Source of the DNA: Longimicrobiales bacterium
Lineage (GTDB): Bacteria > Gemmatimonadota > Gemmatimonadetes > Longimicrobiales > Gaopeijiaceae
Assembly: GCA_965219445.1 (NCBI GenBank)
Contig: CBDCNQ010000003.1
Location: forward strand, 128,001 to 192,000
Direction of reading: 5' to 3'
DNA: 64,000 bases
Part shown: in pieces, positions 1-10,087 of the stretch
How the letters are laid out: every line of letters begins with the position of its first letter
Numbering within the stretch: the first letter of the stretch is position 1
Position numbers and translations under genes: made by a program
The notes under the pieces: generated by a model
Told to the model about the DNA's origin: nothing
The model's input: the letters and a program-made list of their open reading frames with translations, nothing else
The model's database searches: none

Positions 1-423
1 ACGCTGCAGAGCCGGCTGGGCCTTTCGACTTATCTGCTCTCCTCCCTTCTCGATGGCCGCCCTCTGGTCCGGTGTCAATTTCGGCTTGTGATAGCCCGTC
101 AAATCCCCCTCCAGGGTCGCGAGCTTCTGCCATTCATTCTGCACTTTGTCGATGACCTTCCAGACCTCGGCTTCGGCGGGACGTAGCGATCGGCCCCGCG
201 GTGAGATTCTGAGGTACACGAGCACACGACCCCACAGACTGGTCGGCAATCCGCAGCCAGGGCAGTATTCCTTGCCAATCGAGATGTTGAAGTCGCAGCG
301 CCAGCTGCGACACCTCCTGTAACCCATCGCGTCCCCCCTGGCGATGCGACCCTCGCCCAACTCACGCTCGATCGCGTAGCGGCCTTCGAGGGGCGCGTTG
401 CGGCGGGATGTGGTATCGGGCAT
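1..423 (-). CDS. Hypothetical Cys-rich (zinc-ribbon-like) protein with a Ser/Thr-kinase-like N-terminal stub; runs off the window edge
   Basis: Manual translation from ATG at 423 stays open to base 1: MPDTTSRRNAPLEGRYAIERELGEGRIARGDAMGYRRCRSWRCDFNISIGKEYCPGCGLP... It is not in the ORF track because its stop lies outside the window. Confidence 0.55.
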   Translation of the reverse strand, partial: MPDTTSRRNAPLEGRYAIERELGEGRIARGDAMGYRRCRSWRCDFNISIGKEYCPGCGLPTSLWGRVLVYLRISPRGRSLRPAEAEVWKVIDKVQNEWQKLATLEGDLTGYHKPKLTPDQRAAIEKGGEQISRKAQPALQR

Positions 424-467
424 GGCGGACAAGATGGGTTTAAGGGGTGTGCGGCTGCAAGCGCGGC

Positions 468-932
468 CTATTGGAACTCTACCTCCGTAGTGATCTCGAT
501 CGCTCCCTTGAGGCTCCTGGCTATCGGACACCTGTCTGCGTGCACTTCCAGCACCCGAGCCACGGTCTCGTGCGCCTCCTCGGGCACACTAAGTCTGTAC
601 CTCACATGGATCCGACGCAGGACGAGGACACCGCCGTCCTTCTCGACTTCACCCACCACCTCGCCGATGAGATCCTCGGGGGTAATCTTTATCTCGCGCG
701 CTCCCAGCGCGCCGGCAAATGTGCCTGTGAGTCAGCCGCCAGTAGCCGCAACCACGTAGTCGATGGTGGTCGCATGCGGCTCGATCCCCTTCATGTCGGT
801 GCCATAGTGCTCCGCGATCGCCCCGTGAACACCGAAGAGGACGGGCTCGCTCTCCGCCGGCAGGGTGGCCGAGCGCGTGGGGCCTCCCAAGCGGCGTATC
901 TCGACTCGGGACTCGTAGGCGACTTCTGACAT
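468..932 (-). CDS. OsmC/Ohr-family peroxiredoxin-like protein, probable selenoprotein (in-frame UGA at 734-732)
   Basis: ORFs 732..1034 and 468..659 share a frame and join through one TGA: ...DYVVAATGG-U-LTGTFAGAL...HADRCPIARSL. The UGA aligns with the first OsmC Cys and the resolving CP motif is intact. AAGGAG RBS before ATG at 932. Confidence 0.85.
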
Positions 933-1190
933 GTCCATCTCCTTGCAAGGCGAAGTAGGATCGAACCGTAAGTAAAAGGAACGTTGATTCAGGCGGAAGG
1001 ATATCGCGCGACCCTGGACCGAGTCCACAGCCATCCACTTCTACTCCTAGCAAGTGCCGGCGGAAGTGAGCACGAGCGAATTTACGGATGAGTCACTATT
1101 ATGCTCCCACAGCTTTGGGAGCACGACTCAGCGCGTGTCCACTCGCGTTGGTCTATCCGTCGCTCATCCGTTGCCAAGAAAGGATCGGAT

Positions 1191-1988
1191 ATGTTGCACA
1201 AGAATCTTCCCTTGGGAGTCATGGGGGTCCTCATCGCCGGGTTGACGGGTGGCTTGGCCACCGGCCTTGCCGCGCAGGCGAACCCCTTCACCGACGTACC
1301 GGACGTGCGAGCCGGCCAGCAGCTGTTCGACAGACAATGCTCGGTCTGCCACGGCGAGGGCGCGGCGGGCGGAGAGGTTGGTCCGGATTTGACGACCGGT
1401 GATTTTCGGCGCGCGAGCACCGACGCTGGCCTGTTCAACGTGATCTCGGAGGGCATACCGAACACCGCGATGATGGGGCTCAATGCGACGTGGACCGATC
1501 AGTCCGTCTGGCAGATGGTGGCATACCTCCGCTCCGTGTCGGGCGGCGTGCGCGTTGCGGTGGCCGGCAACGCCTCGGCTGGGGAGCGTCTGTTTCGCGG
1601 GAGGGGCGACTGCAGCGGTTGCCATGTGATCGACGGCGAGGGTGGCCGACAGGGCCCCGAGCTTTCGACCATCGGCGATCGCCGTTCACCCGACGAGCTC
1701 CTCTCGGATCTGGTCGATCCCGATGAAAGTGTGCAGCCGCGCTGGTGGACCATGCGTGTGACGCATCGGGCCGGCACGCGGGTCGAGGGCCTGAGGATGA
1801 ACGAGGGCACGTACTCGGTCAGAATCCTCGATGCGGACGACAACCTGTGGTCGTTTCTGAAACGAGACCTGCGCGAGAGCGAACGCATAGAGACGTCGTC
1901 CATGCCCGCCTACGCGGGCACGTTGACCGAGGGCGAACTGGAAGATCTCGTCGCGTATCTGTATGGGTTGACCAGGCGAGACCCGTGA
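1191..1988 (+). CDS. Periplasmic di-heme cytochrome c, likely partner of the downstream PQQ dehydrogenase
   Basis: Signal peptide; two CxxCH motifs (CSVCH, CSGCH); C-terminal 'SSMP...LEDLVAYL' heme-binding-domain pattern. Confidence 0.85.
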   Translation: MLHKNLPLGVMGVLIAGLTGGLATGLAAQANPFTDVPDVRAGQQLFDRQCSVCHGEGAAGGEVGPDLTTGDFRRASTDAGLFNVISEGIPNTAMMGLNATWTDQSVWQMVAYLRSVSGGVRVAVAGNASAGERLFRGRGDCSGCHVIDGEGGRQGPELSTIGDRRSPDELLSDLVDPDESVQPRWWTMRVTHRAGTRVEGLRMNEGTYSVRILDADDNLWSFLKRDLRESERIETSSMPAYAGTLTEGELEDLVAYLYGLTRRDP

Positions 1989-1995
1989 TCGTCCG

Positions 1996-2033
1996 CGCGA
2001 ACGGCTTTCAACGACGCGAACGGCTTTCAACGA
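1996..2033 (+). repeat. Perfect 19-bp tandem duplication CGCGAACGGCTTTCAACGA x2
   Basis: Read directly in the cytochrome c / PQQ-dehydrogenase intergenic region. Confidence 0.9.
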
Positions 2034-2047
2034 AAAGAGGGAGCGAG

Positions 2048-3700
2048 ATGATGAAACGGTATGCACTTTTCACCCTGTTGTTATTCGCGATCCCGGTGTC
2101 GGCTGCGCAGCAACCGTCGGGACAACCCGCGACCGATGCGATTGCGCCCGCCCCGTCGTTCGTCCCGGTGACCCACGAACGCCTGCTGAATTCCGATGCG
2201 GAGCCAGAGAACTGGCTCATGTACTCGGGCAACTACTTCAGTCAGCGCTACAGTAGGCTGAGCCAGATCGACAACGGGAACGCTGCGCAGCTCGAGATGC
2301 AGTGGGCGTTCCAGCTGGAGGCATTGGACCGAGCCGAGACGACACCCCTCGTCGTCGACGGTGTCATGTACGTGACCGAGTCGCCGAGCAACGTCATCGC
2401 GCTCGATGCACGCACCGGCAGTCAGTACTGGCGCTACAACCACGAGCTGCCCGAGGAGATGAATTACTGCTGCGGTCGGAACAACCGTGGCGTCGCGGTT
2501 CTGGGTGACCGGGTGTACATGACCACGCTGGACGCGCACATCGTCGCCCTCGATGCAAAGACCGGCAGCGTTCTCTGGGATACGGAAGTAGCCGACGAGG
2601 GAACCGGCTACAGCATCACCGGCGCGCCACTCATCGTCGGGGACAAGATCATGACAGGGGTCGGCGGTGGAGAATACGGGATACGCGGGTTCGTCGACGC
2701 GTATGAGGCCGGGACCGGGGAACTCGCGTGGCGACTCTATACCATCCCAGGCCCGGACCATCCTGACAACGTGACGTGGGCGGGTAACTCCTGGCGCACG
2801 GGAGGCTCATCGAGCTGGATGACCGGCTCGTACGATCCCGAGTTGAATCTGGTCTATTGGGGCACTGGCAATCCCGGCCCAGATTGGAACGGCGACGTCA
2901 GGATGGGCGACAACCTGTACTCCGACGCGGTGCTGGCCATCAACCCGGACACCGGTGAGATGGTGTGGTATTTCCAGTTCACGCCCCATGACGTTCATGA
3001 CTGGGACAGCACCCAGATTCCGATCCTTGCCGATTCCGAGTTCGACGGACGGCAGCGTAAGCTGATGCTCTGGCCGAATCGGAACGCGTTCTTCTACGTG
3101 CTCGACCGTGAGACGGGAGAATTCCTGCTCGGCGAGCCCTATGCCAGGCAAACGTGGGCGGAGGGTCTCGACGAAACGGGTCGACCGATCCGCATTCCGA
3201 ACACGTTCCCGAGCTTGGAAGGGACCACCGTATCGCCGTCCATCGGAGGTGGATCGAACTGGTGGTCTCCGAGCTACAGCCCCCGCACCGATCTCGTCTA
3301 CGTCATGGCGTACGACGGCGAGACCACCTACTTCATTCGCGACGAAGAATACGTGGCGGGTGAGCCGTTCCGCGGCGGGGGCGGACAGACACCCCTCCCG
3401 CAGGACCACTACGTGAGTGCCGTGCGGGCCATCTCGCCGCAAACCGCCGAGCGGGTGTGGGAGTATGAAGTGAAGGCGAGATCCACCGCCGGGGTGCTCT
3501 CTACCGCGGGTGACGTCGTCTTTAGCGGAACGATCGATGGCTTCTTCTTCGCGCTGGATGCCGAGACCGGAGAGGAACTCTGGCATATCAATGTCGGCTC
3601 ACGCGTACACGCTGCCCCGATGAGTTACATGGTCGACGGCAAGCAGTACGTGGCGGTCGCAGCGGGCAACGTCCTCTACACATTTGGACTGAGGGACTAG
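2048..3700 (+). CDS. PQQ-dependent dehydrogenase, methanol/ethanol family
   Basis: Signal peptide; W-motif beta-propeller repeats; vicinal CC (YCCGRNNRG); WGTGNP; TPHDVHDWD; C-terminal GKQYVAV. Confidence 0.92.
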   Translation: MMKRYALFTLLLFAIPVSAAQQPSGQPATDAIAPAPSFVPVTHERLLNSDAEPENWLMYSGNYFSQRYSRLSQIDNGNAAQLEMQWAFQLEALDRAETTPLVVDGVMYVTESPSNVIALDARTGSQYWRYNHELPEEMNYCCGRNNRGVAVLGDRVYMTTLDAHIVALDAKTGSVLWDTEVADEGTGYSITGAPLIVGDKIMTGVGGGEYGIRGFVDAYEAGTGELAWRLYTIPGPDHPDNVTWAGNSWRTGGSSSWMTGSYDPELNLVYWGTGNPGPDWNGDVRMGDNLYSDAVLAINPDTGEMVWYFQFTPHDVHDWDSTQIPILADSEFDGRQRKLMLWPNRNAFFYVLDRETGEFLLGEPYARQTWAEGLDETGRPIRIPNTFPSLEGTTVSPSIGGGSNWWSPSYSPRTDLVYVMAYDGETTYFIRDEEYVAGEPFRGGGGQTPLPQDHYVSAVRAISPQTAERVWEYEVKARSTAGVLSTAGDVVFSGTIDGFFFALDAETGEELWHINVGSRVHAAPMSYMVDGKQYVAVAAGNVLYTFGLRD

Positions 3701-3741
3701 CATCGGGGGGGTAGACCACGCGCGGAGCACCTTATCGCCGA

Positions 3742-4683
3742 TCAGTATCCCCTCGCGAGCATGACACCCAGGAAGGTGCCGGCAAGTCCGCCCCCGATCA
3801 TCTGCAACACCGCATTCGTAGCTAGAGGCCGTTCACCGCGATGAAGCATGGGGACGGTCACTCCGCTCAGGAGGCCGATACCGGCCCCAACGAGAACGTC
3901 CGACGGGAAGTGCTGACCGGCCTCGACCCGAAGCGTCGAGGTGGCACCCGCCAACACCCCCCCCAAGAAGCCGACACCAGCCCGCTCGACCCAGCCCGCT
4001 TGGGGCCGTTGCAGTAGGTGGGTCGTCATCCCCAACGCGGCCGCCGCCCAGGCCGACGATGAATGCCCTGACGGCATCGCTTCGAAGGTCCGCTCCGTCG
4101 AGACGTCGTAGCTGAGATGGTTCGGACGTTGACTCGCTGGTAGATAGGCGAATGGGCGGGCCCGGCCGACCGTTGTCTTGCCGAGCCACGTGAGACCCTG
4201 CGAGATGAGAATCGTCTCGGCGTAAACGAGGGTGCTGCGGCCGAAGCCGTGCCAACGCTCACCTTCTTGCCCGGTGGCAAGAGCCAACGCCAGCGGAAAG
4301 ACGAGGGAGGCGTTCCGTGTCCAGTCACTGGCCCGATCGGCCCTCCGGTTAAGGTTGCCTACGACATCTCGGTCCATGGACCATGCGATCTCGTTTGGAT
4401 CGAATCCCTGTGGCGGCACATCGAGCTGATCGACCGGGACCAGGAGCCCTGAGACCAGAAGCCCCGCGCCCCCTCCCGAGAGGGTGATCTCACGCCCTTT
4501 CCGAAGATCGGGATACGAGTAGCTGGGTTGGATCGAGAGTGAGTCGGTGCCGGGCGTCAGCTGTCCTCGCGCTACCGCGGGGACGCACACGGCGGGTAAC
4601 AACAGCGCCGTCCCGAGGTGTCGAACCGAGCGTGTGAATCGAGACGGCTCGTTCACTCGTTGCTTAATCTTCGTGAAGCGCAA
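3742..4683 (-). CDS. PAP2-family phosphatase (membrane)
   Basis: K..GRARP, PSGHS and R...GQHFPSDV motifs; start codon uncertain. Confidence 0.85.
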   Translation of the reverse strand: MRFTKIKQRVNEPSRFTRSVRHLGTALLLPAVCVPAVARGQLTPGTDSLSIQPSYSYPDLRKGREITLSGGGAGLLVSGLLVPVDQLDVPPQGFDPNEIAWSMDRDVVGNLNRRADRASDWTRNASLVFPLALALATGQEGERWHGFGRSTLVYAETILISQGLTWLGKTTVGRARPFAYLPASQRPNHLSYDVSTERTFEAMPSGHSSSAWAAAALGMTTHLLQRPQAGWVERAGVGFLGGVLAGATSTLRVEAGQHFPSDVLVGAGIGLLSGVTVPMLHRGERPLATNAVLQMIGGGLAGTFLGVMLARGY

Positions 4684-4713
4684 GCATGCCTCCGGGTGGT
4701 GGTGTGCGGTCCC

Positions 4714-7019
4714 TCAAAGCCTGAACAACCGATTGATCTTCACAACCAGACCGCGGTCGCGAAGCTGGGTGAAACGGTCGGGCGCCAGCGGGTCAGTGTC
4801 CCGGTCCTCAGAGTAGACCACGAAGAGTTCGCTCCCCGGACTGTACTCCCAGCGGAACCGGAGATTCGTGCTGAACGAGTCTTCACTGGAGCTGTACTGT
4901 AGCAGCCCGCTGAAGAACATCCGTGGCGTGAAGGTATACGTGAACCGTGTTCTGGCGAGTTGCGTCGTGAAGGAGCCCTCCGGCAGGTCCACCCAGTTGA
5001 ACGAGAGGCTCGGTTCGAGCGACAACTGAGGGGTGACCTCGACACGGCCACGGCTGAGGGACACTGCGGTGTTGTTCCCGGTCCAGAAGCCACCGGTTTG
5101 AACGGTGATCTGGCCGCTGACGGGCCGCTGCGCACCGAATCTGTACGACGCTCGGAAGTTCCTGAAGTCGTACCCCCCCACCGGAATCGTCACGCCGGGC
5201 GAGATGGTGAACGGGCTGGTCAGTAGCTCGTAGTGGTCATTGAAGAAGAAACTGAGTTGGTCACTGTTCTCGAACTCCGACCGAGTAGCAGCTGAGCGTC
5301 ACGTGTTTCGAGCTCTCCACGGTCGGCCGAGGCGATGTGGTCGAAGCTGCCGACCACCACGAAGCGCCTCACCAGATCGATCGATTGGGTTCGCGGACTG
5401 AACCGTGCCGAGGCTGAGTTCCGGCGGAAGTTGTCCCGGGGGACGAATCCGACTTCGGGGATGAACCTGTCCTCGACTACGAGGTAGCCGTAGCGCAGGC
5501 CGTAGCGATCTCCCACATAGTCGAAACGACCCTGGTAGCTGTTGTCCTTGCCGTTCCGTGCCGGGGTCTGCGTGTTCGCGAAGTATCCCGTGAGACTGAA
5601 ATCGTCATGAAAGGCGAGCCTGCCGTCGACACCATAGACCTGGCTGTCCCCGCCACCGACTAGCGACACGGAGCGGTTCGTGAAGATGCCGCCAACTGTA
5701 CTCCGACGCAGAATATCTCTCTTCACCCGGACGACCGTGAAGTTGGTCGACACCGCGCCCGAGGTCGCCTCATCTCCGGTCTGGATGTTGAGCACACCCA
5801 GGTCGAAGGGGCCGACCTTGCCGGTCATGCGGCCGCCGGCCGTGATCGGGATGATCTGCCCCCCTTCGAGACCGATGCGTCGGCTGAAGAAAACCGTCGG
5901 CACACCCTCTCCCCCGCGCCCACCATCACCCCGAGCGAATTCGAAATTTCCACGCCCCTCGAGGAAAAATTCACGCTTTTCAGGAAAGAAGAGACTGAAC
6001 CGAGTCAGGTTGACCTGCTGCTCATCGACTTCAACTTGGGCGAAGTCGGTGTTGAGCGTGAAGTCGGCGGTCAGGTTTTGGGTGAGGCGGTACTTCACGT
6101 CGAGTCCAGCGTCGGCCTCCCCGTCATTTTCGGTCGGCGGACTGGCGTTGAGATCGGTCCTCAACCCCGCGATCCCGTAGGGCTTGATCTCTGCGTCTAT
6201 ACTCAATGGAGGCACCTCGAGGCCCACGAGCGTGGCGGCCTCGGACACGCGCCAGAGTCCGGCGATCACGCTATTCCCGCGAGCCACGGAGATGGGCAGT
6301 GGTGTCAGGTAGGCCGCTTCGTTCCGACGACGAACGATGCGGCGCAGTTGAATGCCCCATATCTGAGTTTCGCCGGGTTGATACCGGAGCGACTTGAACG
6401 GGATCTCGATTTCGACAGTCCAGCCACCCTCGAACCGGCCGGTCCGCATGTCCCAGACAATATTCCAATCGGTGTTCACGTTCCCTTCGTTCGTAATCGC
6501 GAAGTCGGAGTATCCGCCAATCGGTGTCACTAAGAATGCCACTCCGTTCCGCCGGTCATGGAATGTGTCGAGGAGGAATGAGAACGAGTCGTTTTGCCTT
6601 AGCTGGCCGACGTCATGGCGCATTTCGTTCGCCACCCATTCGCTGGGCGGTGCCGACTCGAACGCTCGCGCCGTCACATATAGGCTGCTCTCGTCGAAGA
6701 ACACCCAAGCGTCTGTGCGCTCGCTACCGGGAGCCCCTTCGTCCGAGATCTGCTGGATGAAACCGGTGATCGGGAGCACGGTTTGATACACGATCTCGTC
6801 GAGCTGGCCATCCAGCCGGATCTCTTGGGTCAACCGGGTGGCACGCACTGTGGTCTTGCCTTCAGCGTCCCGGGCCACCACCTCCGGCGCTATGGGCATC
6901 GGCGAAACGACTTGGGCCGCGGCCGGCGCGCCGACCGCGAGGGTGAGGCTGAGAGTGAGGCACAGCGTTACGGATGTCAGTGACGGCTGGTCGAAGCAGC
7001 CTCCTGGTGCAGCGTTCAT
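4714..7019 (-). pseudogene. DUF5916 / CBM9-like outer-membrane protein with a single-base frameshift at ~5281-5285 (possibly a sequencing error)
   Basis: NTDFAQVEVD..QVNLTRFSLFFPEKREFFLEG motif. The reading continues in another frame as SEFENSDQLSF...VVKINRLFRL (ORF 4714..5193). Start ATG overlaps the lutC stop (ATGA). Confidence 0.8.
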
Positions 7020-7645
7020 GCAGGGGGTTCTTCCGCGTCCGCTCCGAGAATCGCGGCGATGATTCGACCCGGCCCATGAACTCCGGTCACCAGAATCTGG
7101 CCGATGTCGGCCGACTTGCTGGGGCCGGAGTGCAGAGCAAGGGTCGCCGGAAGCTCCTCGTGACACGCTTGTAGCGCCTCCCCCAACGTCGTGCGCACGT
7201 CTCGGGCGAGGACCCAGACGAGGTGGACCGGAGGGAGGATTTGGGATCGGCGGCCTTCCCTCGAGGAAAGAAGGAGCGAGCCGGTCTGAGCCGCGGCCCC
7301 AACCGCCGCCGACACGCCCAGCGCCGCTTCCGAGGGTGGAGCCGTCGGGAGCGCTGGCTGGAGAGCATCGGGTACTCCCACGCAGACGGACACGCTCTCG
7401 AATCCGCTCGCGAACTCTTCCAACCACCCGCGGGCGGCCTCCTCGTCGACGAGCCGGACGACCTCCCCCCCCGCTGCCCGAAGGCGATTCTCAAACGCCC
7501 CGACGGGGTCGGCGCTGCCCGCGGCCCCGAACGGCCCCGGTGGCTCTGCGGCCGTCGGAAGCGCACCGGGGTGCGAGACCGGTTCCTGATCCCGGTTCGC
7601 CTCCCTGACACGGCTCAGGATGCGCTCTCTCGGGTCTGGGCTCAC
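7016..7645 (-). CDS. lutC: Lactate utilization protein C (LUD domain)
   Basis: GPSKSADIGQILVTGVHGP motif; third gene of lutABC; GTG start at 7645. Confidence 0.85.
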   Translation of the reverse strand: MSPDPRERILSRVREANRDQEPVSHPGALPTAAEPPGPFGAAGSADPVGAFENRLRAAGGEVVRLVDEEAARGWLEEFASGFESVSVCVGVPDALQPALPTAPPSEAALGVSAAVGAAAQTGSLLLSSREGRRSQILPPVHLVWVLARDVRTTLGEALQACHEELPATLALHSGPSKSADIGQILVTGVHGPGRIIAAILGADAEEPPA

Positions 7646-7670
7646 TCGATGAGCTCTCTCTCGTCTCTGC

Positions 7671-9065
7671 TCACTCGATCCCCTCGTCCCAGAGTTCACG
7701 GAAGGTCGGACCGTCCGCCCGAGGTGCTTCACGGCCAATGCTCCACTCCTTGAGCAGCGGCAGGCGGCGGACCACCCATTCCGGGAAAAGTCCCGCCATC
7801 CTCCCTGCCCACCCGAAGAGTCGGGATCTCGTCGCGGCGGAGGTCAGGAGGCCCAGCGCCGAACGTTCCACATCGCTGGTGAGTCCGCGTTCGACCGCCC
7901 GTTGGCGCCAGACATGCAGCAGATCCGGGATCGGGATTCGGACCGGGCATACGTCGGCACACGCTCCGCATGCGGAGGAGGCGAAGGGCAGCGGCAGCGT
8001 CTCCTCCAGGCCAACCAGCCCGGGGGCTATGACGGCGCCGATCGGTCCGGAATAGACGTAGCCGTACGCGTGCCCGCCCGTCTGCCGGTACACGGGGCAG
8101 ATGTTCAGACACGCCCCGCAGCGTACACAGCGCAGCGCTTCCCAGACCTCGGGATCCGCAAGCAATCGGGTGCGTCCGTTGTCCACCAGCACAACGTGCA
8201 GTTCCTCCGGTCCGTCTGGTTCATCCGCGGTCGAGCCTCCGGGGCCCTGGATGATCGAGACGAAGGTCCCCACCGGCTGTCCGGTTGCCGACTTGGCAGT
8301 GACTTGGAGGAAAGTCGAGAGATCGGCCCATCTGGGGAGCACCTTCTCGATCCCGACAAGCGCCACGTGGATCCGTGGAACCGAGGTCGACAGCCGGATG
8401 TTGCCCTCGTTCTCGATCAACGCGATCGAGCCGGTCTCCGCAACCAGGAAATTACCTCCGCTGACTCCCAGCTCGGCCGTGAGGAACTTATCCCGCAGGA
8501 ACTCCCTGGCGGCTTCTGCGAGGCGCTCCGGTGACGCATCGAGGGGCGTCCCCAGCCGCTCGTGGAAAATCACCCGTGTGTCGTCGAGGCTCTTGTGAAT
8601 GGAAGGGCCGACGATGTGGCTGGGTGGCTCGCCGAGGAGCTGGATGATGTATTCGCCGAGATCGGTCTCGAACACCTCCACGCCGCAGGATTCCAAGAAG
8701 TGGTTGAGCCCGAGTTCTTCGCTGAGCATGCTCTTGGCCTTCACCACCCTCCGAACTCCGTGTTCGCGCAAAATGCGCTCGAAGATCTCGTTTACGTCCG
8801 AAGCCGTCTCGGCCCAGTGGACATGGGCTCCCCGCTCGACGAGCCGTGTCTCTGCCTCTTCGAGATAGTCCGCAAGATGGGTGAGTGCGTGGCTCTTCAC
8901 CCGCTCGGCCCAGCTGCTCAAAGCGCTCACGTCGCACTCGGCGAAGGCAACGCGTCGATTGTCCACGAACGTTCGCGTTGCGGCCGTGACGGCCTCCCGT
9001 GCCTCTGGGGTCTCCGTAATGATATGGCGCGCCCGAGCGCGGTAATCGCGGCTATGCACCTCCAT
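7671..9065 (-). CDS. lutB: Lactate utilization Fe-S protein B
   Basis: ETDLGEYIIQL, PSHIVGP, NEGN motifs; CVRCGACLNICP and CGACADVCP ferredoxin motifs. Confidence 0.93.
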   Translation of the reverse strand: MEVHSRDYRARARHIITETPEAREAVTAATRTFVDNRRVAFAECDVSALSSWAERVKSHALTHLADYLEEAETRLVERGAHVHWAETASDVNEIFERILREHGVRRVVKAKSMLSEELGLNHFLESCGVEVFETDLGEYIIQLLGEPPSHIVGPSIHKSLDDTRVIFHERLGTPLDASPERLAEAAREFLRDKFLTAELGVSGGNFLVAETGSIALIENEGNIRLSTSVPRIHVALVGIEKVLPRWADLSTFLQVTAKSATGQPVGTFVSIIQGPGGSTADEPDGPEELHVVLVDNGRTRLLADPEVWEALRCVRCGACLNICPVYRQTGGHAYGYVYSGPIGAVIAPGLVGLEETLPLPFASSACGACADVCPVRIPIPDLLHVWRQRAVERGLTSDVERSALGLLTSAATRSRLFGWAGRMAGLFPEWVVRRLPLLKEWSIGREAPRADGPTFRELWDEGIE

Positions 9066-9756
9066 TGCGAGCCTCCCAAAGGGCCGAAGCCAAGGACTGG
9101 AAGCGGATGCGCTTGCTTCGGCGTCGGGCGCGACCGTCGAGATGGAGCAGGCATCCGCCGTCGGCCGATACGACGGTCTCCACATCGGGGAGCGTGTCCA
9201 GCTTCCGGTCAGCCATGGCGACCGACACCTCGGGAGCCTTCACCGAGAAGAGTCCTCCGAACCCACAGCACTCCTGATCCATCTCCCACGGGACGACCGC
9301 AGCGCCTGCGGACTCGAGAAGCCCCAGGAGCTGCTCTTCCACCCCGAGCTCTCGAAGTGCGTGGCAACCGTGATGGTAGGCCAGGCGACGGCCCTCGAGA
9401 CCACGTCCGAGCTCGGTGACCTCGAGGACGTCCACGAGGAACTCGGCCAGTTCGTAGGAGCGCTCGGCCACTATGGGAGATTCGAGGAGACGAGGGTATG
9501 TGCAGCGCAGCATCGCGGTGCAGCTTCCCGACGGGAGGACCACATAATCCGCATCGGCGAAAACCTCGGCGGTGTGAGCAGCCATTGCACGAGCTTGAGG
9601 CACGTGGCCCGCGTTCCACGCCGGCTGGCCACAGCACGTCTGACCCTTGGGAAAATCGACTTCGACGTCCAACGAGCGGAGTAGCCGAACAGCATCGGCG
9701 GCCGCGTCCGCGAAAAAACGGTCACCGAGACAGGTGACGAAGAGAGAGACTCGCAT
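9052..9756 (-). CDS. lutA: Lactate utilization protein A (CCG domains)
   Basis: LFVTC, QTCCGQP, SGSC, YHHGCH, CCGFGGLFS motifs. Confidence 0.93.
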   Translation of the reverse strand: MRVSLFVTCLGDRFFADAAADAVRLLRSLDVEVDFPKGQTCCGQPAWNAGHVPQARAMAAHTAEVFADADYVVLPSGSCTAMLRCTYPRLLESPIVAERSYELAEFLVDVLEVTELGRGLEGRRLAYHHGCHALRELGVEEQLLGLLESAGAAVVPWEMDQECCGFGGLFSVKAPEVSVAMADRKLDTLPDVETVVSADGGCLLHLDGRARRRSKRIRFQSLASALWEARNGGA

Positions 9757-10087
9757 GGGGACTTGTGCGTCCAGAGGCTAGGGTCCTGTACCCGCCAGTT
9801 CCGCGGCCGCACTCCGGACTCGGGACTCGGGGTTCGACCAACATAGGATCCGACCAATAATAGGAAAGGCGGGGTCCGATCCGTCGACGTGGCCGCAACC
9901 GACGATCTCAACAGTTTGGCGTAGACAACACCTATCCTTATGCGTAGCATGTCCAAGCAGTGGATCGGATTCAACGCAGCTTGTGTCGGAGACAAGCCTT
10001 GTGTTGCGGATCTTCCGGAAATTCTGATCCCGAGGCCATCTGAGCGGTCCTCGGGCCTGTAATCACCGGTCAAACGGAGGTCAACTC

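Noticed and set aside
90..114. GATAGCCCG...CAAATCCCCCT similarity to 25095-25128 near att site 1
   Set aside because: Short and gapped, inside an open reading frame, and lacking the arm units and tRNA fragment; likely chance.
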